This document shows, piece after piece, positions 28,299-38,342 of a stretch of 64,000 bases of DNA. This DNA is from Thermoanaerobaculia bacterium (GTDB lineage: Bacteria > Acidobacteriota > Thermoanaerobaculia > Multivoradales > Multivoraceae). Position numbers and translations under genes: made by a program. Within the stretch, counting starts at the first letter, position 1. Each line of letters starts with the position of its first letter. Location of the stretch: assembly GCA_963666565.1 (NCBI GenBank), contig OY762911.1, positions 960,001 to 1,024,000 of the forward strand, read 5' to 3'. A model generated the notes under the pieces. It saw only the letters and a program-made list of their open reading frames with translations, did not search any database and was not told where the DNA came from.

Positions 28299-29123
28299 AT
28301 GACGCCGAAGCTCCATCCGCTCAACCGGGACTTTCGCTGGGCACCCAGGGGCGGCCCCTATCGGCGCATCTCTTCCGCGCAGGCCCGCCAGTGGAGCGAG
28401 CAGGGCTTCTTCGTGCTGGAGGACGCGGTCGAGCCTTCCACGGTCGAGCGCCTGATCGCCGAGATCGACCCCTGGGAGGCGAAGGCCGAAGCGGCGCTGC
28501 GCGAGCTACCGGAGGGGCGTCGCTTCATCGCTCGCGCCGACGAGATTACCTTCACCGTCCACCTGGTGCTGCGCTCGGCTTTCCTGCGCGACTTCTGCGC
28601 CGGGCCTCTCTTCCGCGATCTCGCGTGGGACCTGGTGGGCCCGGACGTCCGGCTCTACTGGGACCAGGCGGTCTACAAGAAGCCGAGCGTTCCGGCCCCG
28701 TTTCCCTGGCACCAGGACAACGGCTACGGCTTCCTCGACCCGCAGGCCTACCTCACCTGCTGGATCGCGCTGACCGACGCCACGACCGGCAACGGCTGCC
28801 CCCGGGTGCTTCCGGGACTGCATCGCCACGGCACCCTGGAGCACTGGACGACCGATCTCGGCTACTGCTGCGCGGACGAGGACGCCGAAGGGGTCGCGGC
28901 GCCGGCACGAGCCGGCAGCATCGTCGTCTTCTCCTCGCTCACGCCGCATGCCACCGGGCCGAATCTCACGTCCGAGGTCCGCAAGGCGTACATCGTGCAG
29001 CTTGCCCCCGACGGGGCCCGTCGCATGGAGCCCGACGGGAGCGGCGGCTACCGGCCCGTTCTCCAGAACGACCCGGACCGGCAGTTTCCGATCCTGGTTG
29101 CCGGTGGGCCGCCCGGAACCTGA
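28299..29123 (+). CDS. PhyH-family Fe(II)/2OG dioxygenase
   Basis: WHQD, NGC...PG.H, H...PN.T..R. Confidence 0.92.
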   Translation: MTPKLHPLNRDFRWAPRGGPYRRISSAQARQWSEQGFFVLEDAVEPSTVERLIAEIDPWEAKAEAALRELPEGRRFIARADEITFTVHLVLRSAFLRDFCAGPLFRDLAWDLVGPDVRLYWDQAVYKKPSVPAPFPWHQDNGYGFLDPQAYLTCWIALTDATTGNGCPRVLPGLHRHGTLEHWTTDLGYCCADEDAEGVAAPARAGSIVVFSSLTPHATGPNLTSEVRKAYIVQLAPDGARRMEPDGSGGYRPVLQNDPDRQFPILVAGGPPGT

Positions 29124-29133
29124 CGGGACGGAT

Positions 29134-29174
29134 CCGCCTCCGGCGGCAGCGGGTCGGAAGACCCGCGCACCCAG
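29134..29174 (-). repeat. REP-like element subtype A
   Basis: Core at 29149-29172. Confidence 0.9.
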
Positions 29175-29287
29175 CGCACGACCCGGCTCCCTGCGCTGCC
29201 CCCGCTCGCATGTCGGCCGGTCCGAGGCGAAGCCTCGCTAGACTCGCAGTTCCTTCGCGTCGACCGCCTGCAGTGAGGAGAAGAGCC

Positions 29288-30436
29288 ATGCATGGACTTC
29301 GTTGGCGCCCGCTTGCGGCGCTCCTGGTCGCCCTGATGAGCGCGGCCGCTAGCTTCGGCCAGGCGACGGAGTCGGCGGAGCCGTTCAAGGTCGGGACCTT
29401 CGACATCGACGGCGTGCCGCGCGTCGGCCTCGTCCTGCGGGACAGCCTGGTGGTCGACATCGCGGAGGCGAACCGGGGGCTGGAGGCAGATCCGGCGTAC
29501 CCGAAGATGCCGATGCCGGAGGACATGCTCGAGCTCATCGGCCGCTACGAGTACGGCCTCAAGTACCGGCTGTACGAGATCGTGAACCATCTCGTCGGTA
29601 ACGAGCTCCTCGGCAGCGACGCGCCGCGGTACGTCCACCCCGTCGACGAGCTCCGAATCCGGCCGCCGATCATGTATCCGGGCAAGATCCTGAACGCCGC
29701 CGTCAACTTCTACAGTCACGTCAACGAGTCGGGAACCGAGGAAGAGCGGGCCGCTGCCCGGCGCCAGCGCCGGGAGAACCGCGGCGTCCCGTACCTCTTC
29801 CTCAAGCCGTCGCGGGGCGCGGTCGTCGGCAGCGGCGACAAGATCGTCATCCCGCACGGGCGCGACCGCACGGACTGGGAAGTCGAGCTGGGCGCGGTCA
29901 TCGGGCGGACGGCGAGGTACGTCTCCGCCGCCGACGCCCAGGACCACGTCTTCGGCTACATGGTCTCCATCGACGTCTCCGACCGCGGCGGGCGGCCGCC
30001 GGGAGGCAACCCCATCCGCAGCGACTGGTTCGTCGGCAAGGGGCACGACACCTTCGCGCCGCAGGGCCCGTGGATCGTGCCGCGCGAGTTCTACGGCGAT
30101 CCGATGGAGAACCTCCGCCAGACCCTGAGTGTCGACGGCACCCTGCTCCAGGAGGCGCGCGCCGGCGACATGATCCACTCGCTGTGGGAGCTGATCGAGT
30201 ACGGGTCGTCGATCATCACGCTCTATCCCGGCGACGTGATCAACAACGGCACCTCGGGCGGCACGGCGGCCGGCGCCGCCGCGATCCGCGGGCCGGAAGA
30301 TCGCTTCCTCAAGCCGGGCGAGGTGGTCGAGGCGTCGATCGACGGCATCGGCACGCTGCGGCTGCCGGTGGTGGCCGGGGAGAAGCCGCCGGGCGAGACG
30401 GGGGCGCGGCTGCCGCCGGTCAAGTCGTATCGCTGA
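29288..30436 (+). CDS. Fumarylacetoacetate hydrolase family protein with signal peptide
   Basis: NFYSH, FLK, DWEVELG, DVSDR, GKGHDTF, PGDVI..GT. Confidence 0.9.
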   Translation: MHGLRWRPLAALLVALMSAAASFGQATESAEPFKVGTFDIDGVPRVGLVLRDSLVVDIAEANRGLEADPAYPKMPMPEDMLELIGRYEYGLKYRLYEIVNHLVGNELLGSDAPRYVHPVDELRIRPPIMYPGKILNAAVNFYSHVNESGTEEERAAARRQRRENRGVPYLFLKPSRGAVVGSGDKIVIPHGRDRTDWEVELGAVIGRTARYVSAADAQDHVFGYMVSIDVSDRGGRPPGGNPIRSDWFVGKGHDTFAPQGPWIVPREFYGDPMENLRQTLSVDGTLLQEARAGDMIHSLWELIEYGSSIITLYPGDVINNGTSGGTAAGAAAIRGPEDRFLKPGEVVEASIDGIGTLRLPVVAGEKPPGETGARLPPVKSYR

Positions 30437-30592
30437 CTGCGCCCGTCCGCATGGAGGGCCCGCCGCGTCGCCGCAACGGGCGCGCGCCAGGCGCCCGCGC
30501 CCCGCACCCGTCGAGAGCGCGACGAGATTTAGTGTCGCTTGTGTGTCTCCGGTGTGTCGTCAGAGAGGCGGCGCTAGGCTAGAATCGTCTGC

Positions 30593-31834
30593 ATGACTGC
30601 ATCGTCTCCGCCGAGGAATTCGGCTCAGCGTCTGATGATCGGCTCACTCAACGCGATCCGCCTCGCGGCCACCACGACAGGCATCCTCCTTGTGACGCCG
30701 GCCATGGCTGCGGGCCTCAACCTCGACCGCCCCACCTTCGTCGACGACGTGGCGCCGATCCTTCACGCCAACTGTGTCTCCTGCCACCGGCCCGGCGAGA
30801 TCGGGCCGATGTCGCTGCGCACCTACGGCGAGGTTCGGCCGTGGGCCCGGTCCATCGCCCGCGCGGTCGAGAACCGGGACATGCCGCCGTGGGACGCCGA
30901 CCCGGGCTACGGGCCGTGGTTGAACGACATCAGCCTGAACGACGACGAGATCGCGGCGATCGTCCACTGGGCGACGAACGGCGCGCCCCGCGGCGAGGGC
31001 GACGAACCGGTCCATGAGCAGCCGGAGGCCGCGCGGGATTGGGCGTTCGGCGAACCGGACTGGGTGTTCGAGTTCGATCCCCACGAGGTGGCGGTGGAGG
31101 GACCGGACGAGTTTCGCGACGTGACGATCACGACCGGATTCGACGAGGATCGCTGGATCCGCGCGGTCGAGGTTCAGCCGGGAGACGGCAAGGTGCTTCA
31201 TCACTTCATTCTCTGGCGAGGCGGCGCCAGCGGGCCCTACCCGGAAAGCTGGATGGCGGTCTGGACCGCGGGCAGCGAGCCCCGCCAGTTCCCGGCGGGG
31301 TCCGCCCGCCTGCTGCAGAAGGGCCGCGCGATGATCGGCGATTTCCACTACCACCCGAGGGACGAAGCGGCAACCGACAGCACCCGCATCGGTCTCTGGT
31401 TCGCCGAACCCGAGGAAGTCGAAAAGGAACTGATCACGCTGCCGATCTGGAACGCCGGCATCGAGATCCCGGCGGGCGACCCGAACTACGAAGCGGAGAC
31501 GAGCCGCGTCTTCCAGGAAGACGTCCTGGTGCACGGGTTCACGCCGCACATGCACTACCGCGGAAAGTCCATGTTCTTCAGCGCGGAGCTTCCCGACGGC
31601 AGCACCAGGGATCTGCTCGGGGTCAGCCGCTACGACTTCGACTGGCAGACGACCTACCTGTTGTCCGAGCCGATCCGGCTGCCGGCCGGGACGCGAATCC
31701 ATGTGAAGGCCACCTTCGACAACTCGGCCGACAACCCCGAGAACCCCGACCCGACGGTCGACGTCAAGTGGGGTCTGGAATCCACCGACGAGATGCTGAA
31801 CGGCCTCGTCGACTACGTCGCGGCGGACAGATAG
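30593..31834 (+). CDS. Secreted cytochrome c / copper-monooxygenase-like fusion protein
   Basis: CVSCH, MPPW, LHH, FHYH, PHMHYRGK, YDFDWQ, DEM; TAGAAT ends 7 nt before the ATG (leaderless-type). Confidence 0.8.
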   Translation: MTASSPPRNSAQRLMIGSLNAIRLAATTTGILLVTPAMAAGLNLDRPTFVDDVAPILHANCVSCHRPGEIGPMSLRTYGEVRPWARSIARAVENRDMPPWDADPGYGPWLNDISLNDDEIAAIVHWATNGAPRGEGDEPVHEQPEAARDWAFGEPDWVFEFDPHEVAVEGPDEFRDVTITTGFDEDRWIRAVEVQPGDGKVLHHFILWRGGASGPYPESWMAVWTAGSEPRQFPAGSARLLQKGRAMIGDFHYHPRDEAATDSTRIGLWFAEPEEVEKELITLPIWNAGIEIPAGDPNYEAETSRVFQEDVLVHGFTPHMHYRGKSMFFSAELPDGSTRDLLGVSRYDFDWQTTYLLSEPIRLPAGTRIHVKATFDNSADNPENPDPTVDVKWGLESTDEMLNGLVDYVAADR

Positions 31835-31857
31835 CGCTGGCCTGCGCGGCGGAAACC

Positions 31858-31905
31858 GGGTGCGCCGGCGTCCCCGCCGGCATCCGGCGCGAAGCGCCGG
31901 CTTCC
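31858..31905 (+). repeat. REP-like element subtype B
   Basis: Core plus CCGGCGC-GAA-GCGCCGG. Confidence 0.9.
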
Positions 31906-31921
31906 GGGCCTTCCGCCGCGC

Positions 31922-33103
31922 CTAGATCGCCAGATCGTTCAGATTGTAGTCCCGGATCACCCGCTCGAACGTCTCGCCGTTGAAGCGGAAGTCGTCCTCC
32001 AGGCCGGCGAAGGGCTCGTAGAGGAACGAGGCCTCCCCTGGCCGGTGCTGCCGGCGGGCGTCGATGGCCACGGCGATGACCGACGAGCGATCGAAGATGC
32101 GCCGGGCGTCGTAGACGACCTCGTCCGCCTCGACGCCGAGCGCGCCCTTCTGCCCTTCGACCGACTTGCGGCGGTGGAAGCCGAAGGTGAGCGAGATGCG
32201 CAGGTCCGACGACGTGTTGGCGAACGAGGCGTGGAGCATCTGCCGGTTGACGATCGTGACGTCGCCGGCCTCGCAGACGAGCGGCAGGGCGCCGGAAAGT
32301 TGCTCGCTTCCTCCGTTGTCCCGGACCCGCGCCTCGATGTCGATCTTCCCGAGCTTGTGCGTTCCCGGCACCACCCAAAGACAGCTCGCCGGAGTCGTGG
32401 GATAGAGCTGCACCTGAAAGTTGAAGCCGTGGATGCCTTCGTCCCAGTCCGGAGAACCCCAGTGGGTGACGCCGTCCTGGTGCCACGAGACGGAGCCGCC
32501 GAGCCCAGGCTGCTTGACGAAGATCGCGTCGTTGAAGGGGACGAAGTCGTCGCCGTTGATCGCGGCGGCGATGGCGAGCAGGTGCGGGTGGCCGTAGAGA
32601 CGCAGCCCGGAGGGCATCGCCTGGCACATGGAACTCATGAGGAAGACGACGTCCGCGGGCGCGTCCTCTTCGGGCTGGGGCTGGGTCATCTGCGTCGGGT
32701 GGCGTCCGCTGAGGAGCCCGGTGCCGCCCCAGGGATCGGCCAGAGGCTTGGTGAAGAGGTACGGCCGGCGCGCGTAGTCCAGTCCCAGGGCCGGGCGCCC
32801 TTGCGCGTCCACGTCCGCGTCGGGACCCACCGGCGCGCGCTCCAGCATCTCGTTGGCGTCGCGCCGCAGCTCGGCCACTTCGTCGCCGTCGATGAGTCCC
32901 TCGAAGATGTAGAAGCCGTGCCGCCAGTACGCGGCCAGGATGTCCGGATGGAGCCTGCCGCCGTCGGTCAGCCGAATCGGTCCCCGGTTGCCGATCTTCG
33001 CGGCGAGGCGAAGCCCCGCTTCCTGGTACGCCGCCATGCCGGCAGCGTGTTCCGCCCGAGTCGGTGGTGACGGCGAGGCGTTTGCGCTCTGGACATCGTT
33101 CAT
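31922..33103 (-). CDS. PhyH-family dioxygenase (long type)
   Basis: SWHQDG, LWVVPGTH, LHASFANTS...R. Confidence 0.88.
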   Translation of the reverse strand: MNDVQSANASPSPPTRAEHAAGMAAYQEAGLRLAAKIGNRGPIRLTDGGRLHPDILAAYWRHGFYIFEGLIDGDEVAELRRDANEMLERAPVGPDADVDAQGRPALGLDYARRPYLFTKPLADPWGGTGLLSGRHPTQMTQPQPEEDAPADVVFLMSSMCQAMPSGLRLYGHPHLLAIAAAINGDDFVPFNDAIFVKQPGLGGSVSWHQDGVTHWGSPDWDEGIHGFNFQVQLYPTTPASCLWVVPGTHKLGKIDIEARVRDNGGSEQLSGALPLVCEAGDVTIVNRQMLHASFANTSSDLRISLTFGFHRRKSVEGQKGALGVEADEVVYDARRIFDRSSVIAVAIDARRQHRPGEASFLYEPFAGLEDDFRFNGETFERVIRDYNLNDLAI

Positions 33104-33154
33104 GGCGATGGAGGCGATTCTACCGCCTGCCAACCCGGCCGACGACGACCGCCG

Positions 33155-34702
33155 CTACCGGCCGGCCGGCGGCTCGTCAGCCGAACGCTGGAACGCCCAC
33201 AGCGCGCTCCGCGTGCGGAGGTAGATCGTCGCCCCGTCGATCGCCGGCGTTGCCGTGGCCAGGTCGTCGAGGTCCGAGACGGCCAGCGGATCGAGAGAGC
33301 CGTCGTTCGGCAAGACGACGAGCTTGCCCGATCTTGAGAGCAGGTAGAACTTGCCGTCGGCCACGATGGGCGACGCGTAGTAGCTGTCGACCGCTCCCTT
33401 GAGCCGGCCCTGCTCGATGAGCTCTCCCGTCGCCGAGCGGAGGGTCGTCGCGATGCCGCTGTCGTCGACCATGAGGAGAACGCCGTCGTCGACGATCGGC
33501 GACGGAAGCTGCGGGATCTTGCGGTGGTAGGTCCACCGTACGTGGCTGGCGGTCAGGTCGCCCCGCATGCCCGCTGCCGGCAGTTCGACGGCGAGGATGT
33601 TGTTGCGGGTGTCGAGCGCCGACTGGAAGTACGTCCAGTCCCCCTGGTCGAGGAGGCCGTCGCTGGCCAGGTCGAAGTAGGAGAAGACGTTGCGTACCAG
33701 GCCTTCCGGCGCCTCGTCCTCCGAGAGCACTCCGTCGCCGTCGGCGTCGTGCGCGGCGACGACTTCGGGGAAGGGGTCGAGCCGCACGTGACGCCCTTCC
33801 TCGTTCAGCGGCATGGCGTAGCCGTTGATGAAGAGGACGCCGTCTTCGATGGCCGGCGTCGACTTCATCTCGAACGAGAGGCCGCTCACCCACCAGAGAC
33901 GCTCGCCCGTCCGGGCCGAGTAGCTGGTGAGGAAGAACGAGCCCGGCACGACGACTTGCAGTTCGCCGCCTTCGGGATGGTGGAGCACCGGCGTCGAGTG
34001 GCCGCTTCTCGCCGCCGGCCGCTCGGTGCGCCATGCCAGTTCGCCGGTCTCGGCGTCGACGGCCAGGACGTGGGATCCCCGCTGCTGGTCGACCACGAGC
34101 ACCACGTTGCCCCCGGCGAGGATCGGAGAGGCGCCCATGCCGTAGATGTTGTCGAAGGGACCGAGAGGATGGCGCCAGAGCTCCTCGCCGTCGACGTCGT
34201 AGCAGAGCAGGCCGAAGTCGCCGAAGAAGACCCAGACGCGCTCGCCGTCGGTGACCGCGGACGGCGACGCCGGTCCGTTGCGGTTGTCGAGCGTCTCGGT
34301 CCGCGGCCTCGGCGCCTCGCGTCGCCAGATCTCGGAGCCGGTCTCGCGGTCGAGGGCGATCGTGTAGAGCGCTTCGCCTTCCGAGGCCGTCAGGAAGATC
34401 CGGTCCGCGCTCAGGACGGGCGACGAGTCGCCGGCGGGGAGTTCCGTTCGCCAGAGGAGGTTGCGGTCCGGTCCCACTTCGACCGGCAGGGCGCCCGCCT
34501 CGATTGCGCCGCCGCCGTTCGGTCCCCGGAATCGCGACCAATCGGCGGTTTCAGCCCAGGCGAGCGACGAGAGCGCGAGGGCGCTCAGCATGGAGAGCGC
34601 CAAGAGCCCGCACCGCAGGTACTGGGTGCGCCGGTGTCCCCGCCGGCTTTGGGGCCGGCGCGCCGCGAAACGGCGACGATCCTGCGGCGCGAGCCGGCTC
34701 AA
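33155..34702 (-). CDS. PQQ-like beta-propeller (BamB-like) secreted protein
   Basis: DWSRFRGPNG, repeated SP/W motifs; start is TTG 34702 (overlapping the ACAD stop) or ATG 34591. Confidence 0.85.
   Translation of the reverse strand: MSRLAPQDRRRFAARRPQSRRGHRRTQYLRCGLLALSMLSALALSSLAWAETADWSRFRGPNGGGAIEAGALPVEVGPDRNLLWRTELPAGDSSPVLSADRIFLTASEGEALYTIALDRETGSEIWRREAPRPRTETLDNRNGPASPSAVTDGERVWVFFGDFGLLCYDVDGEELWRHPLGPFDNIYGMGASPILAGGNVVLVVDQQRGSHVLAVDAETGELAWRTERPAARSGHSTPVLHHPEGGELQVVVPGSFFLTSYSARTGERLWWVSGLSFEMKSTPAIEDGVLFINGYAMPLNEEGRHVRLDPFPEVVAAHDADGDGVLSEDEAPEGLVRNVFSYFDLASDGLLDQGDWTYFQSALDTRNNILAVELPAAGMRGDLTASHVRWTYHRKIPQLPSPIVDDGVLLMVDDSGIATTLRSATGELIEQGRLKGAVDSYYASPIVADGKFYLLSRSGKLVVLPNDGSLDPLAVSDLDDLATATPAIDGATIYLRTRSALWAFQRSADEPPAGR
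34622..34680 (+). repeat. REP-like element subtype B
   Basis: GGGTGC-GCCGGTG-TCCC-CGCCGGC. Confidence 0.8.
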
Positions 34703-35925
34703 AGGAGATCGCCGCCGCACGCGGAAGCGCAGGTGCCGTGCGCCTCGAACGCCTGCACGACGTTCTTGCCGCTGCGCCAGCGGTGGACCTCGTCCGGCCC
34801 GTCGACCAGGCGCTGCGCGCGGATGCCGCGGTACCAGCGGGCCAGCGGCGTGTCCATGCTGTAGCCCAGCGCGCCGTGAAGCTGGATCGCGGTGTCGACG
34901 ACCTGGTGCACCATGTTGGCGAGGAAGACCTTGGCGATGCCGTTTTCGACGCGCAGGTCCATGCCGTTCTCCGCCTTGTAGGCGATGTGGAGCAGCATGA
35001 GCCGGGCCTTGTAGAGCTCGGCGGCGCAGTCGGCGAGCATCCAGCGCACCCCTTGGCGGTCGGCGAGGCGCTTGCCGAAGGTCACCCGCTTGACGGTGTG
35101 CCCGACGGCGAGATCGAGGGCGCGCTGCGCCATCGCCACGTTGTGCATGCCGTGACGCAGCCGCCCGTAGGCGAGGCGGTGCTGGCCCATCGCGAAGCCC
35201 TGGCCGCGGCCGCCGAGGAGGTTCTCCTTCGGGACGATCAGGTTCTCGATGCGGATCTCCGAGTGCGAGCCGCCGAGTTTCAGGCCGAGATCGGTGTGCG
35301 GTTGCATCGTCTCGATGTCGCGCACGATCCGGTAGCCCGGGTTCGGCAGCTCGACGAGAAAGGTCGAGAACTGCCGGTGGCGGGCGACTTCGGGATCGGT
35401 CTTCGCCATGACCAGCGCGACGTCGGCGACGCTCGCGGAGGAGCTGAACCACTTCTCGCCGTTCAGGACGTAGTTGTCGCCGTCGAGAACGGCCGAGGTC
35501 TGCATGCCGGTGGCGTCGGCGCCGGCGGCTCTCTCGGTCATCGAGTAGCAGATGCGCTTCTCGCCGGCCAGCAGCGGCTTCAGGAAGCGCTCCTTCTGGT
35601 CCTCGGTGCCGTTCTCCAGCAGCGTCAGCATGGTCGCGTCGTCCGGACCCTGCGTGTTGAGGGAGAGCGCTCCGAGGAAGCTCTCGCCGAGTTCCATCTG
35701 GACCAGCGCGTTGGCCAGCGGCTTCAGGCCCATGCCGCCGTACTTCTCCGGGATGAAGGGGCACCACAGGCCCTGCGACCTCGCCTTCTTGCGGAGCCCG
35801 GCCAGCACCTCGTCGAAGTTCTCCGGCGTGCATCCCTCTTCGGCCGGGATGCACTCGTTCTGGACGAAGTCGCGCACCTTGGCGCGCACCGCCTTGGTCT
35901 CTGCTGGAATCTCGAAATCGATCAT
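34699..35925 (-). CDS. Acyl-CoA dehydrogenase
   Basis: YSMTE, NGEKWF, AIQLHGALG, DGPDEVH. Confidence 0.95.
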   Translation of the reverse strand: MIDFEIPAETKAVRAKVRDFVQNECIPAEEGCTPENFDEVLAGLRKKARSQGLWCPFIPEKYGGMGLKPLANALVQMELGESFLGALSLNTQGPDDATMLTLLENGTEDQKERFLKPLLAGEKRICYSMTERAAGADATGMQTSAVLDGDNYVLNGEKWFSSSASVADVALVMAKTDPEVARHRQFSTFLVELPNPGYRIVRDIETMQPHTDLGLKLGGSHSEIRIENLIVPKENLLGGRGQGFAMGQHRLAYGRLRHGMHNVAMAQRALDLAVGHTVKRVTFGKRLADRQGVRWMLADCAAELYKARLMLLHIAYKAENGMDLRVENGIAKVFLANMVHQVVDTAIQLHGALGYSMDTPLARWYRGIRAQRLVDGPDEVHRWRSGKNVVQAFEAHGTCASACGGDLL

Positions 35926-35941
35926 GTCTCTCCTTCGGTGG

Positions 35942-37021
35942 TCAGAAGATCGCCAGTGCGTTGATCGGCGAGCCGGTTCCGGTGTCGACGGCCAGCGGCC
36001 CCGCCACGAGCAGGAACTCCCAGCGACCCAGCTCGGCCGCCGTTTCGGCGACGGCCTCGAGGTCCTGGTTGTCGAAGATGTCGATGCCCATGGCGACGAT
36101 CGTCAGGATGTGAACCGGAAGATCGACGCCCTCGACCTGCGACGGGACGACGTCGAGCGCCGCGTCCGAGCCGATGAACGAGATGTCGCGGGAGCGCACC
36201 CAGGGCATCGTCGAGGCGTGAAGTCCGGCCGCGTGCTGCGACACCGCCCACGGTCCGACTTCGGCGCGCCGCGCCCAGCGGCCGGTGCGGATGAAGACGG
36301 CGTCGCCCGAACGGACGCGGAGTCCGGCCATCTCCTCGAAGGCTTCGAGATCCTCGGTGTAGATGGGCGTCCCCGGCTCAAGGTACGGCACGCCCTTCAG
36401 GCGGGGGATGTCGAAGACGATGCCCCTGGTGACGATGCCGGCCCGGAGGTTGAAGATCGAAGATCGCGTGCAGCCCTCCTCGGTGACCGTGTCCTGCGAG
36501 TAGCCGTTGTACATCTTCCCCTTGTAGAGGATGTGACACAGGGCGTCGATGTGGCTGTGCGAGTAGCCGTGGTAGCTGATCTCGTAGCGATCGCTCACGC
36601 CGCCGCGAAACGCGGGCGCCTCGTCGGGGTCGGGAAGCGCCAGGATCGCGCGCTCGAACGGGAACGGCACGTCGACGGCCCGCTCCACGATCAGTGGATG
36701 GGCGAGTGAGACGGAGATGCCCTCCGTCGCCAGGGCCAGGGCCTCCAGGCGCTTCTCCGGGGTGATCAGGTTGGCCGTCCCGAGCTGGTCGTCGTCGCCC
36801 CAGCGGCCCCAGTTGGAGAGGTCCTCCATCAGGCGTTCGATGTCCGCCTGGGCGAGATCGCGCGATTCGGGCGAGTAGCTCGGGGCGGGTTCCGGCGGGG
36901 ATGCCGTTGCCTCCGTGCCCGATGCCGGCCCGGCCCCGTCTTCCGAACCTGGCGTGCAGGCGCCGGTCGCGCCGAGCAGCCACGTGCATGCGATGACGAG
37001 CGTCAGATGTGTGGCTTTCAT
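35942..37021 (-). CDS. Cyclase (kynurenine formamidase-like) family lipoprotein
   Basis: NWGRWG.DDQLG, HSHIDALCH, IRTG, GTGSPIN. Confidence 0.9.
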   Translation of the reverse strand: MKATHLTLVIACTWLLGATGACTPGSEDGAGPASGTEATASPPEPAPSYSPESRDLAQADIERLMEDLSNWGRWGDDDQLGTANLITPEKRLEALALATEGISVSLAHPLIVERAVDVPFPFERAILALPDPDEAPAFRGGVSDRYEISYHGYSHSHIDALCHILYKGKMYNGYSQDTVTEEGCTRSSIFNLRAGIVTRGIVFDIPRLKGVPYLEPGTPIYTEDLEAFEEMAGLRVRSGDAVFIRTGRWARRAEVGPWAVSQHAAGLHASTMPWVRSRDISFIGSDAALDVVPSQVEGVDLPVHILTIVAMGIDIFDNQDLEAVAETAAELGRWEFLLVAGPLAVDTGTGSPINALAIF

Positions 37022-37209
37022 GTGCTCCCCTCCTACGGGCAGACTAGCGCCCCGAAACCCCTCGCGGACTCGGTGTTTCGGCCCGTCCCGTCCCCACGGC
37101 GGCGCCTGCGCCCCGAGACTTGCTTCGCGGCGTTCTGCGGTGCCGTCCCAGGTCGACCAGTTGTAGAGTCTCCGTCACGCTACTAGCCAGGAGGTTACGG
37201 AGGCAAGCG

Positions 37210-38283
37210 ATGAGAAGCGCGACTGCCCAACGGAGCGGCGCGAATCATGCGGGCGCCATGACCTGCTGCGCTCCCGCGCGTGATCCCGAAGGGCCGACCC
37301 GCGGCGCGGACCACGGCGTGGCGGCCCCGGGCCGGCAGGACGGCGCCGGCCCGTGCTCCTGGCCGCCTGCGGCGGCAGCGGGTCGGAGGACCCGCGCACC
37401 CGGCGGGCGGCCCCTGGGACCGAGCGGCCGAGACATGGTGCGTCTCGACGGCGGCCGGTTCCTCATGGGCACGGATTCGGCCGATGCCATACCGGGCGAC
37501 GGCGAGACCCCGGTCCGCGAGGTCTTCCTCGACCCGTTTCGCATCGACGCCTGCGCCGTCTCCAACGCCGCCTTCGCCGCCTTCGTCGACGCCACCGGCT
37601 ACCGGACCGACAGCGAGCGGCTGGGCTGGTCCTTCGTCTTCGAGGGGCGGCTGTCGCGCAAGCTCCGGCGCACGGCGATCGAGGACCGTCTGCCGGGCGC
37701 CCGCTGGTGGTGCAGGATCGGCGGCGCCGACTGGCGTCATCCCGAGGGACCGGGATCGTCGATCGCCCGGCGTGAGACGCATCCCGTTGTCCAGGTGTCG
37801 CACAACGACGCCGTGGCCTACTGCGCGTGGGCGGGCTGCCGGCTCCCGACCGAAGCGGAGTGGGAGTTCGCGGCTCGCGGAGGAGTGGAGCAGACGGCGC
37901 AACCCTGGGGCGACGAGCTGGAGCCCGATGGCGAGCATCGCTGCAACGTCTGGCAGGGCAGCTTTCCCGATCGCGATCTCGGGCTCGACGGCTGGCGCGG
38001 CACCTGCCCGGTCGATGCCTTCGAGCCGAACGGCTTCGGCCTCTACAACGTCTGCGGCAACGTCTGGGACTGGTGCGCCGACTGGTGGAGCGCCCGTCCC
38101 GCCGCGCCTGGCGCCCGCAATCCGCGGGGTCCCGCCACCGGCACGGCGCGCGTCACCCGCGGCGGGTCCTACCTCTGCCACGTCTCCTACTGCAATCGCT
38201 ACCGCCTGTCGGCCCGCACCCACAACACGCCGGACAGCGCGGCGGGCCACATGGGTTTCCGCTGCGCCGCCGACGTCGGCTAG
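37210..38283 (+). CDS. Formylglycine-generating enzyme (SUMF1) family protein
   Basis: RLPTEAEWE, GNVWDW, RGGSYLCH.SYCNRYR, GFRC; GGAGG RBS. Confidence 0.92.
   Translation: MRSATAQRSGANHAGAMTCCAPARDPEGPTRGADHGVAAPGRQDGAGPCSWPPAAAAGRRTRAPGGRPLGPSGRDMVRLDGGRFLMGTDSADAIPGDGETPVREVFLDPFRIDACAVSNAAFAAFVDATGYRTDSERLGWSFVFEGRLSRKLRRTAIEDRLPGARWWCRIGGADWRHPEGPGSSIARRETHPVVQVSHNDAVAYCAWAGCRLPTEAEWEFAARGGVEQTAQPWGDELEPDGEHRCNVWQGSFPDRDLGLDGWRGTCPVDAFEPNGFGLYNVCGNVWDWCADWWSARPAAPGARNPRGPATGTARVTRGGSYLCHVSYCNRYRLSARTHNTPDSAAGHMGFRCAADVG
37352..37403 (-). repeat. REP-like element subtype A inside the FGE coding region
   Basis: GCGGGTCGGAGGACCCGCGCACCC at 37378-37401. Confidence 0.85.
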
Positions 38284-38342
38284 CGAAGGCGCATCGCGCG
38301 TCGGCGTCAGCGTCTCAGAGGGTAGTAGGCTTTGCTGCCTTT

